64,000 nucleotides of DNA from an uncultured Acidobacteriota bacterium (GTDB lineage Bacteria > Acidobacteriota > Thermoanaerobaculia > UBA5066 > Gp7-AA6): positions 600,881 through 664,880 of the forward strand of contig CAVXRK010000009.1 of assembly GCA_963764025.1 (NCBI GenBank), written 5' to 3'. Positions within the stretch are counted from its first letter, which is position 1. Every line of letters begins with the position of its first letter. The translations under genes and the position numbers were made by a program. This document shows, one piece after another, positions 25,628 through 35,359 of this stretch. The notes beneath the pieces were generated by a model that saw only the letters and a list, made by a program, of their open reading frames with translations, was not told the DNA's origin and did no database searches.

Positions 25628-27202
25628 CAGGTCACCAACCGGACCTCCTCGACCGCCGGCAGGGCGCGGAGGCGGTCGAGAACCGCGGCGGGCGGGGCCG
25701 AGTCGACCGCGATGACGGCCGCGGCGCGCGAGCCGTCGCCTCGGGCGAGCGAGAAGTGGGCGATGTTGACACCGGCTTCGCCGAGGACGGTGCCGACCGC
25801 GCCGACGACGCCCGGAACGTCGTGGTTGCGGATGAAGACCACGGTCCCCTCCGGGTGGAACTCGAGCGGAAGCCCGTCGACCTCGACGACGCGGGCGTCG
25901 CGCCCGATGAAGAGTGTGGCGTCGGCGCTGCCTTTGGACCCCGCCCCCGTGAGCGTGACGCGGATCGAGCGGGCGTAGGCGCCGGGCTCCTCGTGGCGCG
26001 TGTCGGAGACGGCGAGCCCCCGGTCGGACGCCATGTAGAGCGCGTTGACGTAATTGACGACGTCCGGCGTCTGGGCCTCGAGCGCTCCCTTGACCGCGGC
26101 GACGGCGACCGGCCGCACCATGTCCTCGGGCAGGCCCCAGGTCTCGACCGCCAGGCGCGTCAGGCGGCCGCCCGAGAGGGCCGAGAGGAAATGGGCGGTC
26201 CGCTCGGCCAGGCGCATCCAGCCGGCCGCGCCGCCCGAGTCCTTGGGGCCGCGAAACGGCAGGTTCACCGCCGGAACGTACGCCGCGCCGGCAAGGGCCT
26301 CGAGCAGGGCCTCGACGGTCTGGATCGAGACGCGCTCCTGGGCCTCGACGGTCGAGGCGCCGAGGTGCGGCGTCGCGACGACGTTCGGCGAGCTTCGGCA
26401 GGGGGTCGTCCGGCGCGGGGGGCTCGGGATCGAAAACGTCCAGGGCCGCCCCGGCGAGCTTCCCGCTCTTGAGCGCCTCGGTCAGGGCGACGCGGTCGAC
26501 GAGGCTTCCCCGCGCGACGTTGACGAGGACGGCCGAGGGCTTCATGAGGGCGAGCTCCGCCGGCCCGAGCAGCGGCTTTCCCTTCTCCGTTGCGGTCGAG
26601 TGGAGCGTGACGACGTCCGATTGCCGGAGGAGCTCTTCGAGAGGCACGAGCGGCACGCCCATCTCCTGGGCCTTTTCGACCGGGAGGAACGGGTCGTGGC
26701 CGAGGAGCTTCGCCTCGAAGGCCCGGCAGCGCGACGCGACGCGGGAGCCGACCTGGCCGAGGCCCACGATGCCGACGGTCTTGCCCGCGAGCTCGGAGCC
26801 GACGAACTTCGACTTCTCCCAGCGGCCCTGCGCCATCGAGGCGGCCGCCTCCGGCACGCGCCGCAGGAGCGCGAGGAGCACCGCGAACGTGTGCTCGACG
26901 GCCGAGACCACGTTGCCCGTCGGCGAATTGAGGACCATGACGCCGCGCGCGGAGGCCGCGGGCACGTCGACGTTGTCGACCCCGACGCCGGCCCGTCCGA
27001 CGACGGTGAGCTTCGGCGCCGCGGCGAAAAGGGCCGCGTCGACCTTCGTCGCGCTGCGGACGAGCAGCGCGTCGGCGTCCTTCAGGGCCGCGAGCAGCTC
27101 CTCGCGCGAGGCCCCGGCGATGTCGACGACCTCGTGCCCGGCCTTGCGCAGGAGCTCGAGCCCGGCACTCGAGACCTTTTCGGCGACGATGACGCGGCTC
27201 AA
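25624..27202 (-). CDS. serA: D-3-phosphoglycerate dehydrogenase (type I, with ASB and ACT domains), frameshifted in this assembly.
   Basis: The N-terminal 270 aa are in the frame of ORF 24548..27202, with a TTG start at 27202. The C-terminal ~215 aa are in ORF 25624..26268. A single extra base near 26390 separates DDPLPKL from PNVVATPHLGASTVEAQ. Confidence 0.85.
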
Positions 27203-28307
27203 GCGGCGGCGTCTCCCGCGGCCTCGTCGAGCGCCTCGAGGAGCGGTCGAGGGAGGCGAGGTCCACGTCTCCCATGTGCCCGATGCGGAAGGTCGTCGGC
27301 TTCCACTTTCCGTAACCGCCGCCGATCGTGAACCCGCGCTCCTTGACCTTCGCGACGAGGGCCTCCGAGGACACGCCGGCGCGCGGCTTCAGGCACGAGA
27401 CGGTCCAGGATCGCGCTCCGGACGGGGGCGCGAAACCGTGGCCGCGCTCGGCGGCCCAGGCTTCGACGCGCCGCCGCAGGGCCTCGTGGCGGGCCCAGCG
27501 GCCCTCGATTCCCTCCTGCAGGATGTGCTCGAGCTGAACGTCGAGGGCGAAGAGGTGCGGCGTCGAGGGCGTGTACGGCGTCTGGTGCTTCTCCGCGAAC
27601 GACTCGGCCTCCGACAGGCGCAGGTAGTGCGCGCGGGAGCGCTCGCGCGCGCGGGCCCGATAGCGGTCGGACGCGAACGCCACGCCGAGGCCCGGCGGAA
27701 GCGCCAGGGCCTTCTGCGACCCCGCGAGCGCGAAGTCGAGCCCCCACGCGTCGCACTCGACCGGCGAGCCGGCGAGAGAGGTCACGACGTCGCACAGGAG
27801 AAAGGCCTCCGACGACGCGCGGACCGCCCGCGCGATCGCCTCGAGATCGTTGAGCGTGCCGGTCGAAGTCTCCGAGTGGACCACCGTGACGGCCTCGTAC
27901 GGCGCCCGGCCGAGCGCCTTCGCCAGCTCCCCGGGGTCGACCGGACTGCCCCAGGGAACTTCGAGAACGTCGACCGCGAACCCGAGGTCCCGCGCGCAGG
28001 TCGCCCAGCGCTCGGAGAAAGCGCCCGACGTTACTGCGAGCACGCGCTCGGGGGCGAGGTTCAGGAGCGCGGCCTCCCAGAGGCCGGTCGCGGCCGAGGT
28101 CGCGGTGAAGACGAACTTCTCGGTGCGGAAAACCCGCTTCAGCCGGGGCGGAATGCGTGAATACAGGTCCGCGAAGGCCTTGCCCCGGTGCCCGATCGCT
28201 TCGTGGGCCATGGCCTGGCGCACGGCGTCGCGGACCCAGACCGGTCCCGGAAGGAAAAACCGTACCTGTCCCGGCTTCCCGCCGGTGGAATCGAACGAGG
28301 TCGTCAT
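27199..28307 (-). CDS. Class V aminotransferase (AGXT/SerC-like), a candidate phosphoserine aminotransferase. The last ~15 codons are frameshifted.
   Basis: ATG at 28307 (MTTSFDSTGGKPGQVRFFLPGPVWV). The PLP lysine context is SQKAL. After ...HMGDVDLASLDR the reading continues in the +2 frame as LLEALDEAAGDAAA*, giving a TGA at 27199 that overlaps the serA TTG. Confidence 0.8.
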
Positions 28308-28390
28308 GAGGTGGGCGATTCTACGCGAGCCACGCGGGAAGGGCCGAGATCGAATCGAGAAAACCGTCGGCGGATACGCCAAGAAGTTCC

Positions 28391-28963
28391 TCACGCGTCC
28401 GCGAGCCACCCCGGGATCAGAACCACGCGGCACCCCGCGGCGCGGGCGAAATCCGCGTCGACCTCCATGTCGCCGACGCAGATCGTCCGCTCCGCAGGCG
28501 CCCCGGCGCCGGCCATCAGCCGCCGCAGCATGGCGGGGTCGGGCTTGGCGGGCGTCGCCTCGTCCGGCCCCGCGATCGCTTCGAAGCGCGAAACGATGCC
28601 CTTGGCCTCCAGGATCAGCCGGGAGAACGGGGCCGGCTTGTTCGAGGCGAGCGCCATCCGGTGGCCGCGGGCCGAGAGCTCGGCGAGGACGTCGGCGACG
28701 CCGGGCAGGAGGTGCGACTTCTCGACGGCGACCTGCGGGTACCGCTCGCGGAAGAGCCGCACACCCTCGGCCGCCCGCTCCGGCCCGACGGCGTCCGCCA
28801 CGAGCTTCTCGAGGCCGTGGCCGACCATCGTGCGGATCCGGACGTTCGCGAGCGGCTCCTCGCCGAGCGCGCGCATCGCGAAGGAGAGAGCATCCCCGAT
28901 CGCTTCGTAACCGTCGATCAGCGTGCCGTCGAGGTCGAAGACGAGAAACGGAAGTCCGCTCAA
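28391..28963 (-). CDS. HAD-IA family hydrolase (phosphoglycolate-phosphatase-like), a candidate phosphoserine phosphatase.
   Basis: The TTG start overlaps the upstream stop as TTGA. Motif I is FDLDGTL, motif II is ASNK, and motif IV is GDMEVD. Confidence 0.75.
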   Translation of the reverse strand: MSGLPFLVFDLDGTLIDGYEAIGDALSFAMRALGEEPLANVRIRTMVGHGLEKLVADAVGPERAAEGVRLFRERYPQVAVEKSHLLPGVADVLAELSARGHRMALASNKPAPFSRLILEAKGIVSRFEAIAGPDEATPAKPDPAMLRRLMAGAGAPAERTICVGDMEVDADFARAAGCRVVLIPGWLADA

Positions 28964-30651
28964 CCCGTCTTCCGCGCGCCGACCGTCGATTCCGCCCGGT
29001 CGAGCCCCGCCAGGCGCACGACCGCCGACGCGATGCCCTCCCAGTCGCCGAAGGAGAGCGTCGGCACCGACCCGGCGAAGGGCCCGTCCGAGACCCGCAG
29101 CAACGGTTCGACGACGTCGGGCCGCGCGACCCCCGTCCGCACGACCTCGATCTTCGGGATCGGCAGGGACTTGTAGCCTTCGACGAGGACGAGGTCGCAG
29201 TCGGCGAAGTCGCGGCGAAGAACCCGCTCGAGAGTCTCCTCCTCCCCGAAACGGCGCACGGTCGTCCGGCGCGGCGTGACGAAGGCTCCCGCCGCCGCGC
29301 CCGCCGCCGCGTGCCGGTGCGAGTCCTTGCCGGCGACGTCGTCGTCGGCATCCTTGGTCGTGTGCTTGACCGACCCGACCGTCAGGCCGCGAGCCTTCAG
29401 GCGCGGCAGTACTTCGACGATGATCGAGGTCTTCCCGGAATCGTGGCCGCCCACGAACGCGACGACCGCGGGCTTGCGGTCCGGGTAGAGCAGGAACGGC
29501 TCGCGGCGCGCGAAGAACGGCTGCGCCGCGTCGAAGTGACGCGCGATCTCGGCCCGCAGGTTGCCGCCCCGCTCGACGATCTCGCGGTAGCGCTCGGACC
29601 CCGTCAGCAGATCGATCGCCGGGCGGTCGTCGTACTCGTAGCGCTCCGTGCGCCACCGGAAGTCGATCGGGCCAAGGCGGCGGAGCGTTTCGACGACCCG
29701 CAGCCCCGTCTGGAACGGCCGGAAGGCGGCCCTGTCCGTCAGGTGCATCTGCGCCCCGCCGCAGGCCTGGCCGGCATGTTTGTCGAACATCGGCCGGAAC
29801 CTGCACGGAAGAAACTGGACGCCCGGCAGTGCGAGCGCGTTGAGCGCGTCGGCGACCGCGATCGGATCGAGCCAGGGCGCTCCGAAGACCTCGAACGGCC
29901 GCGTCGTCCCGCGGCCCTCGGAAAGGTTCGTTCCCTCGAGCAGGCACATCCCGGGGTAGACGAGGGCCGTGTCCGTCGTCGGCATGTTCGGCGACGGCGC
30001 CACCCACGGCAGGCCGGTCTCCGCGTACGGCGTCTCGCGCGCCCACCCCGCCGCCGGGCAGACGACGAGGTCGAGATCGAGTCGCCTCTCGGCCGCGAAG
30101 AGACGCGCGAGCTCGCCGGCCGTCATTCCGTGGCGCACCGGGATCGGGTGAAGGCCGACGAAGGTCAGGTACCCCGTCGCCTGGGGCGCGCCTTCGACGG
30201 CGCCGCCGATCGGGTTCGGCCGGTCGCAGACGACGAACCGCAGGCGCGAGCCCGCGCAGGCCTCCATCGCGAGGAGCATGGTCCAGACATAGGTGTAGTA
30301 GCGGCTCCCCACGTCGGCCACGTCGAAGACGATCGCTTCGAGGTCGGCGAAATCCTCGCGCCTGGGCTTCAGGTCCTCGGCGGTCGTCCCGTAGAGCGAC
30401 ACGACCGGAAGACCCGAGGGCGGATGGATCGACGAACCGACGGCCTCCATGTAGATCGCGCCGCCCTCGAGACCGTGCTCGGGGCCGAAGAGCCGGACGA
30501 GCCGCACGTTCGGGGCCGCGCGCAGGGCTTTCCACGTCGGCACGCCCGCCGAGGTCATCCCGGAGCCGTTGGTGATCAGACCGATCCGCCTCCCGGCGAC
30601 AGGCCACGGGCTCTCGAGAAGGCCGTCGATTCCGAAGCGGACCTTTTCCAT
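28960..30651 (-). CDS. DUF1343 (NamZ/YzbB-like) domain fused in frame to a MobB-like P-loop domain.
   Basis: 563 aa in a single frame with no stop. Residues 1-~400 are the DUF1343 family. Residues ~405-563 read KPAVVAFVGGHDSGKTSIIVEVL...VKHTTKD...LVLVEGYK, which is MobB. No ATG, GTG or TTG is available at the junction. Confidence 0.7.
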   Translation of the reverse strand: MEKVRFGIDGLLESPWPVAGRRIGLITNGSGMTSAGVPTWKALRAAPNVRLVRLFGPEHGLEGGAIYMEAVGSSIHPPSGLPVVSLYGTTAEDLKPRREDFADLEAIVFDVADVGSRYYTYVWTMLLAMEACAGSRLRFVVCDRPNPIGGAVEGAPQATGYLTFVGLHPIPVRHGMTAGELARLFAAERRLDLDLVVCPAAGWARETPYAETGLPWVAPSPNMPTTDTALVYPGMCLLEGTNLSEGRGTTRPFEVFGAPWLDPIAVADALNALALPGVQFLPCRFRPMFDKHAGQACGGAQMHLTDRAAFRPFQTGLRVVETLRRLGPIDFRWRTERYEYDDRPAIDLLTGSERYREIVERGGNLRAEIARHFDAAQPFFARREPFLLYPDRKPAVVAFVGGHDSGKTSIIVEVLPRLKARGLTVGSVKHTTKDADDDVAGKDSHRHAAAGAAAGAFVTPRRTTVRRFGEEETLERVLRRDFADCDLVLVEGYKSLPIPKIEVVRTGVARPDVVEPLLRVSDGPFAGSVPTLSFGDWEGIASAVVRLAGLDRAESTVGARKTG

Positions 30652-30692
30652 GATCGGCAGGGCGATCTTATCCGCGGCGGCTCACGCGCCCG

Positions 30693-31196
30693 TCACGGGG
30701 CGCTCGGATGGTCGGGACGCCGGCCCTGGAGGAGCGAGACCGCGTGCGGGACGAGCTCGAGAATCGCTTTCAGGCAGTCGGCCGCGCCCCGGGGCGAGCC
30801 GGGCAGGGCGACGACGAGCGTCTTTCGCCGTACGCCCGCGACCTGCCGCGACAGGTAGGCGGCCGGGAATCCGCGGGAGGTTTCGGCGCGCATCTTCTCG
30901 GCAAGGCCCGGGACCTCGAAGTCGATCGCCTGCCGGACCCCCTCCGGCGTCCGGTCGCGCGGGGAGACGCCCGTCCCGCCGGTCAGGACGATCAGGTCCG
31001 CCTCCTCGGCGTCCGCCCGCGTCCGCACGGCGCGGGAGACGAGCTCGGGCTCGTCGGGGATCGTCTCCCGGGAGACGATGGTGTGCTTGATGCCCGAGGC
31101 CCGCAGCGCCTCCTCGCAGGCGGGCCCGCCGCGATCCTCCCGCGCCCCGGCCGCGACACCGTCGGAGACGGTGACGATCGCGACGCGAATGCTCAT
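30693..31196 (-). CDS. mogA: Molybdopterin adenylyltransferase (MogA/MoaB family).
   Basis: 167 aa with the GGTG motif (LIVLTGGTGVSPRD). Confidence 0.85.
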   Translation of the reverse strand: MSIRVAIVTVSDGVAAGAREDRGGPACEEALRASGIKHTIVSRETIPDEPELVSRAVRTRADAEEADLIVLTGGTGVSPRDRTPEGVRQAIDFEVPGLAEKMRAETSRGFPAAYLSRQVAGVRRKTLVVALPGSPRGAADCLKAILELVPHAVSLLQGRRPDHPSAP

Positions 31197-31229
31197 TTGG
31201 GCCCCGGCACGCGATTAATATAGACCCCC
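31197..31229. promoter_or_regulatory. 33-nt divergent intergenic spacer between mogA and moaA containing the AT-rich sequence ATTAATATAGA. It is a probable shared promoter core.
   Basis: It is the only AT-rich stretch in a 70% GC context, positioned between the two divergent starts. Confidence 0.3.
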
Positions 31230-32252
31230 ATGGCGATCTCCGACTCCCTCGGCCGCCCGCTGCGGAACCTCCGCCTGTCGGTGACCGATCGCTGCAACCT
31301 CCGCTGCGCTTACTGCATGCCCGAGCCGAACTACACCTGGTTGCCGCGCCAGGACCTGCTGCACTTCGAGGAGATCGGCCGGCTCGTCGACGTCTTCACG
31401 GGCCTGGGAGTCGACAAGGTACGGCTGACGGGCGGCGAGCCGCTCGTCCGGCGGGACCTGCCGGAGCTCGTCCGGATCCTGGCCGGGAAGAGCGCGCTGA
31501 CCGACATTGCCATGACGACGAACGGCGTCCTCCTCGCCGACCAGGCGGCGGCGCTCCGGAAGGCCGGCCTCCACCGCGTCACCGTCAGCCTCGACACGCT
31601 CGACGCCGAGCGCTTCCGCCGGCTGACCCGCTTCGACGACCTTCCTCGGGTCCTCGCCGGCATCGACGCGGCCGCCGCGGCCGGGTTCGGCTCCCTCAAA
31701 ATCGACTCGGTCGTCATGCGGGGCGTCAACGACGACGAGATCGCGGCCCTGCTCGAGCGCGGGCGCGCGTGGGGCGCCGAGGTCCGCTTCATCGAGTACA
31801 TGGACGTCGGCGGCGCGACACGGTGGTCGCGGGAGCGCGTCGTCTCGCGAGCCGAGATGCTGGAAACCCTCGCAGCGCGCTACGGCCCGATCGCGCCGAT
31901 CGCCGGGCAGGGCTCGGCGCCGGCCGAGCGCTTCCGCCTGCCCGACGGCCTCGTCTTCGGCATCATCGCTTCGACGACCGCTCCGTTCTGCCGCGCCTGC
32001 GACCGCAGCCGCCTGACGGCCGACGGCCACTGGTTTCTGTGCCTGTACGCGGCGCGCGGGACCGATCTGCGCGGGCCGCTCCGGGCCGGCGCGACCGACG
32101 CGGAGATCCGCGAGCTCCTCTCCTCGACGTGGCGCCGCCGCGAGGACCGGGGCGCGGAGGAACGTCTCCGTGTCGCCGAGCGCTCGCCGCTGCTGCCTCG
32201 GGTCGAGCTCGTCCGCGATCCGCATCTGGAGATGCACACGCGCGGGGGCTGA
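31230..32252 (+). CDS. moaA: GTP 3',8-cyclase (radical SAM).
   Basis: CNLRCAYC cluster plus a C-terminal [18 protein letters not shown] second cluster. Confidence 0.9.
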   Translation: MAISDSLGRPLRNLRLSVTDRCNLRCAYCMPEPNYTWLPRQDLLHFEEIGRLVDVFTGLGVDKVRLTGGEPLVRRDLPELVRILAGKSALTDIAMTTNGVLLADQAAALRKAGLHRVTVSLDTLDAERFRRLTRFDDLPRVLAGIDAAAAAGFGSLKIDSVVMRGVNDDEIAALLERGRAWGAEVRFIEYMDVGGATRWSRERVVSRAEMLETLAARYGPIAPIAGQGSAPAERFRLPDGLVFGIIASTTAPFCRACDRSRLTADGHWFLCLYAARGTDLRGPLRAGATDAEIRELLSSTWRRREDRGAEERLRVAERSPLLPRVELVRDPHLEMHTRGG

Positions 32253-32265
32253 GTCCCGGGACAAT

Positions 32266-32389
32266 CCTCTCCCCCGAGGGGAGAGGGCAGGGTGAGGAGT
32301 TCGGATGAGGTGACTAGCCGAGAACCTTCCGGCCGATATCGTGTCTTGGAGCGCCCCTCACCCCGACCCTCTCCCGTCGGGAGAGGGGG
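32266..32389. repeat. Family B palindromic element, copy 2. The left end is CCTCTCCCCCGAGGGGAGAGGGCAGGGTGAGG and the right end is CCCCTCACCCCGACCCTCTCCCGTCGGGAGAGGGGG.
   Basis: Read directly. It starts 14 nt after the moaA stop and lies between moaA and the convergent PhzF-family gene. Confidence 0.8.
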
Positions 32390-32438
32390 AATACATCGGG
32401 GAACTGCCGCGCGGCGAACGACCAGCCCGAAACTGAGA

Positions 32439-33338
32439 CTAGGGAATCTCCAGCCACCCCTCGCCCACGAGCACGCTCGTCCCGCCGATCCACGCCCCGA
32501 CCACCGTTCCGGCCTCCTTCCGCGCCCGCGCCGCGAGAACGCTCGGCCGGCCCATCTCGACGCCCTGCGCGATACGCCAGCCGAAGTCCCCGTCGTCCCG
32601 CGGATCGCAGTGACCGAGCAGCGCCGCCAGGGCGCAGTTGGCGCTGCCGGTCGCGGGATCCTCGGGCACGCCGTCGAGCGGCGCGAACATGCGCGCGCGG
32701 ATGTCGTACTCGTCGGCACTTCGGACGTAAAGGTGGATGTCCGGCACGATGCCCTCCGCGGCGAGGGCCTCGACGCCGGGCATGTGGGTCCGGGCTCGCT
32801 CGAGCGCCGAGCGGTCCGCGAGTTCTGCGACGAGGAACGGGAGGCCGACCGAAGCGACCTGCGGCGCGTGCGTCCGCGTGACGATGTCGTCCGGAGACAG
32901 CGACACGGCCGAGGCGAGCGCGCCCGGACCGACCGTCGTGCCGAGCGAGAGGCGTTCGGGCGCCGCAAGCTCGCACGCGATCGCGCCGTCGGACTGTCTC
33001 TCGATCCGGATCGGAACGAGGCCGGCCTTTTCCTCGAATGTCACCTCGAGCGGGCGGTCGAGCGGCCCGAGCTCGCCCGCGCGCGCCAGGACGAAGGCCG
33101 TCCCGACGTTGGGATGGCCGGCGAACGGCACCTCGGTGGTCGGCGTGAAGATCCGGACCCGCCGCGTCCTGGCCTGCTCCGGCGGGAGAACGAAGGAGCT
33201 CTCGGAAAAATTGAACTCGCGGGCGACCTGCTGCATCTGCCGGTCCGTCAGGCCGCGGGCGTCGGGCAGCACGGCGAGGGGATTGCCGCCGAACAGCCGG
33301 TCCGTGAAGACGTCGCAGAGAAAGTAGCGGTAGCGCAT
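32439..33338 (-). CDS. PhzF-family isomerase (phenazine biosynthesis PhzF-like, DAP-epimerase fold).
   Basis: 299 aa: [23 protein letters not shown]..., typical of PhzF/YHI9. Confidence 0.8.
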   Translation of the reverse strand: MRYRYFLCDVFTDRLFGGNPLAVLPDARGLTDRQMQQVAREFNFSESSFVLPPEQARTRRVRIFTPTTEVPFAGHPNVGTAFVLARAGELGPLDRPLEVTFEEKAGLVPIRIERQSDGAIACELAAPERLSLGTTVGPGALASAVSLSPDDIVTRTHAPQVASVGLPFLVAELADRSALERARTHMPGVEALAAEGIVPDIHLYVRSADEYDIRARMFAPLDGVPEDPATGSANCALAALLGHCDPRDDGDFGWRIAQGVEMGRPSVLAARARKEAGTVVGAWIGGTSVLVGEGWLEIP

Positions 33339-33345
33339 GGCCGCC

Positions 33346-33882
33346 TCAGCCGCGCCGGTACGTTCCGGACCGGCCGCCGGTCTTCTCGACGAGCACGATC
33401 TCCCGGATCGACGCCGAGCGGTCGAGCGCCTTGATCATGTCGTAGAGGGCGAGGCACGCCGCGCTCGCCGCCGTCAGCGCCTCCATCTCGACGCCCGTCT
33501 TTCCGGTGATGCGGGCCGTCGCGGTCACGACCGCCTCCCGCCGCGCGGCGTCGAGCGCGACGTCGACCTCCACCGACTCGAGCGCGAGGGGGTGGCAGAG
33601 CGGGACGATCTCGGAGGTCCGCTTGGCGGCCTGGATCCCGGCCAGGCGCGCCACCGCGAGCGCGTCCCCCTTGGCGAGGCGCCCGGAAGCGAGCGCCTCG
33701 AACGCCGTGCGATTGACGGCGACGACGCCCCTGGCGACGGCCACCCGGCGCGTGACGCGCTTCGCGCCCACGTCGACCATTCGCGCGCGGCCCCGGGCGT
33801 CGACGTGGAGGACGCTCCCCCGAAGGCGCGCTCCACCCCGAGGCCGACGGGGCTTGCCGGGCGAAGGCTTCTCGTCGCTCAT
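33346..33882 (-). CDS. moaC: Cyclic pyranopterin monophosphate synthase accessory protein MoaC.
   Basis: [22 protein letters not shown]...[16 protein letters not shown]. The probable start MSDEKP is at 33882. The longer ORF extends to 33963. Confidence 0.8.
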   Translation of the reverse strand: [178 protein letters not shown]

Positions 33883-34457
33883 GCTCTCTCCCGGAGCGCC
33901 GCGTAGCGCTCGAGCGTGTTGAGATTCTCGAAGGCGTTTCCGGAGGGGTCGAGCGCCCGCCACGCGGACTCCTCGAATGTCTCGGCCCCGGCTTCCTCGG
34001 CCAGCCCGTGCAGGGAGAGCTCCCCCGCCTCGATGCGCCGCCGCGCGAGCGGCCGTACCGCCCGGCGCCAGACCGCGGCGAGCGGCTGAAGACGTCCCTC
34101 CGCCCGAGGCACCACGGCGGCGGCCTCGCTTCCGAGACTTCGCTCGGCGATGGCTCGGATGAGCGGGGCCGGGAGGGCCGGCAGGTCGACGGCCAGAACG
34201 AAAATGCGGTCCGCCGCTTCCTCGAGGGCACGGACGAGCCCGTGGATCGCGGCGTGCTCCGCTTCCCCATCGAGAACGACGCGCGCGGGTCCGATCTCGA
34301 AGACCGGCGGCTCCTTGAGGACGACGAGGACCTCCTCGAAGATCTCCGCCAGGCGCGCCGTCTGGAACGCGAGGAGCGTCGTCGCCCCGTAGGCCAGTTG
34401 CGCCTTGGGCCGCCCCATCCTCCGCGAGGCGCCGCCCGCGAGGACTGCGGCCGGCAT
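33879..34457 (-). CDS. mobA: Molybdenum cofactor guanylyltransferase.
   Basis: The ATG at ~34457 gives MPAAVLAGGASRRMGRPKAQL (MobA N-terminal motif). The stop abuts the moaC start. Confidence 0.8.
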   Translation of the reverse strand: MPAAVLAGGASRRMGRPKAQLAYGATTLLAFQTARLAEIFEEVLVVLKEPPVFEIGPARVVLDGEAEHAAIHGLVRALEEAADRIFVLAVDLPALPAPLIRAIAERSLGSEAAAVVPRAEGRLQPLAAVWRRAVRPLARRRIEAGELSLHGLAEEAGAETFEESAWRALDPSGNAFENLNTLERYAALRERA

Positions 34458-34486
34458 CGGGATGCGCACGGCGGCCCCGTCCCCGT

Positions 34487-35327
34487 CTACTTCGAGTCGC
34501 CGCCCAGGATGAGCGGCAGGCCCTTCGAGTTGCCGATGACGACGATCTTCGAGTTGGGGCTCGCCGCCAGCTTCTCGGTCGCCTCGATGCCCTTCCACTC
34601 CAGGAGCTGCGCCGAGATGCCCTGCGCGACGATCTTCTGGAAATCGGAGATGCCCTGGGCCTCGATGCGCTTCCTCTCGGCTTCCTGCGACTCTTTCTGG
34701 AGGACGAACTTCATCTGCTCGGCCTCCTGCTCCCGCTTCAGCTTCTCCTGGATCGCGTTGGCGACGATCGGCGGCAGCCCGATCTTGCGCAGCAGCACCG
34801 CCTCGGTGATGATCCCCCGGCCGCTCGACATCTTCTGGAAGAGCTCGAAGGTCTCCCGCGCGATCTGCTCCCGCTCGGCCGAGTAGAGGGCCTTGGCCTC
34901 GTAGGAGGCCGTGATCTCGCGGATCGCCGAGCGCATCTGGGGATGCACCGCGATCTCCTGGTAGTTCTTCCCGACGGTCTTGTAGATGTCGGCGGCCTTC
35001 GTCGGGTCGAGGCGGAAGAGAAGCGAGCCCTTCGAGGTCCATCATCAGGCCCTCCTTCGAGGGCACTTCGGTCGTCTCCTTCACTTCCTGCGTCTGGATC
35101 GACATCTTGATGACCCGCGTGAAGGGAAAGACGAGGTGGACGCCCGGCGGCAGGACGCTCGAGGACACGTTGCCGAACAGGTCCTTCACGCCGACGTGGC
35201 CCGCGGGCACGACCGTGATCGGCCCCCCGATGACGATCAACACGAAGACGACGAGGGCGATGATCGCGTTGCGGACGAAGCGGGAGCCCGAGCCCGAGGG
35301 TGGAACGATCTCGAAGGTCTTGTTCAT
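34487..35327 (-). CDS. SPFH/band-7 (prohibitin/HflC-like) membrane protein, frameshifted in this assembly.
   Basis: The N-terminus (MNKTFEIVPPSGSGSRFVRNAIIALVVFVLIV...TTEVPSKEGLMMDLEG) is in one frame. The continuation SLLFRLDPTKAADIYKTVGKNYQEIAVHPQMRSAIRE...SPNSKIVVIG is in the +1 frame, shifted by an extra G at ~35015. Confidence 0.75.
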
Positions 35328-35359
35328 GCTTTCTCCTGGCTGCGACGGGGCGGGGGGTC

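Noticed and set aside
26265-29351. 1028-aa minus-strand ORF and the 1002-aa +strand ORF 27850..30858.
   Set aside because: Only the segment 27199-28307 of the minus ORF is real (the aminotransferase). The rest is the out-of-frame shadow of serA and other genes. The +strand ORF is antisense noise.
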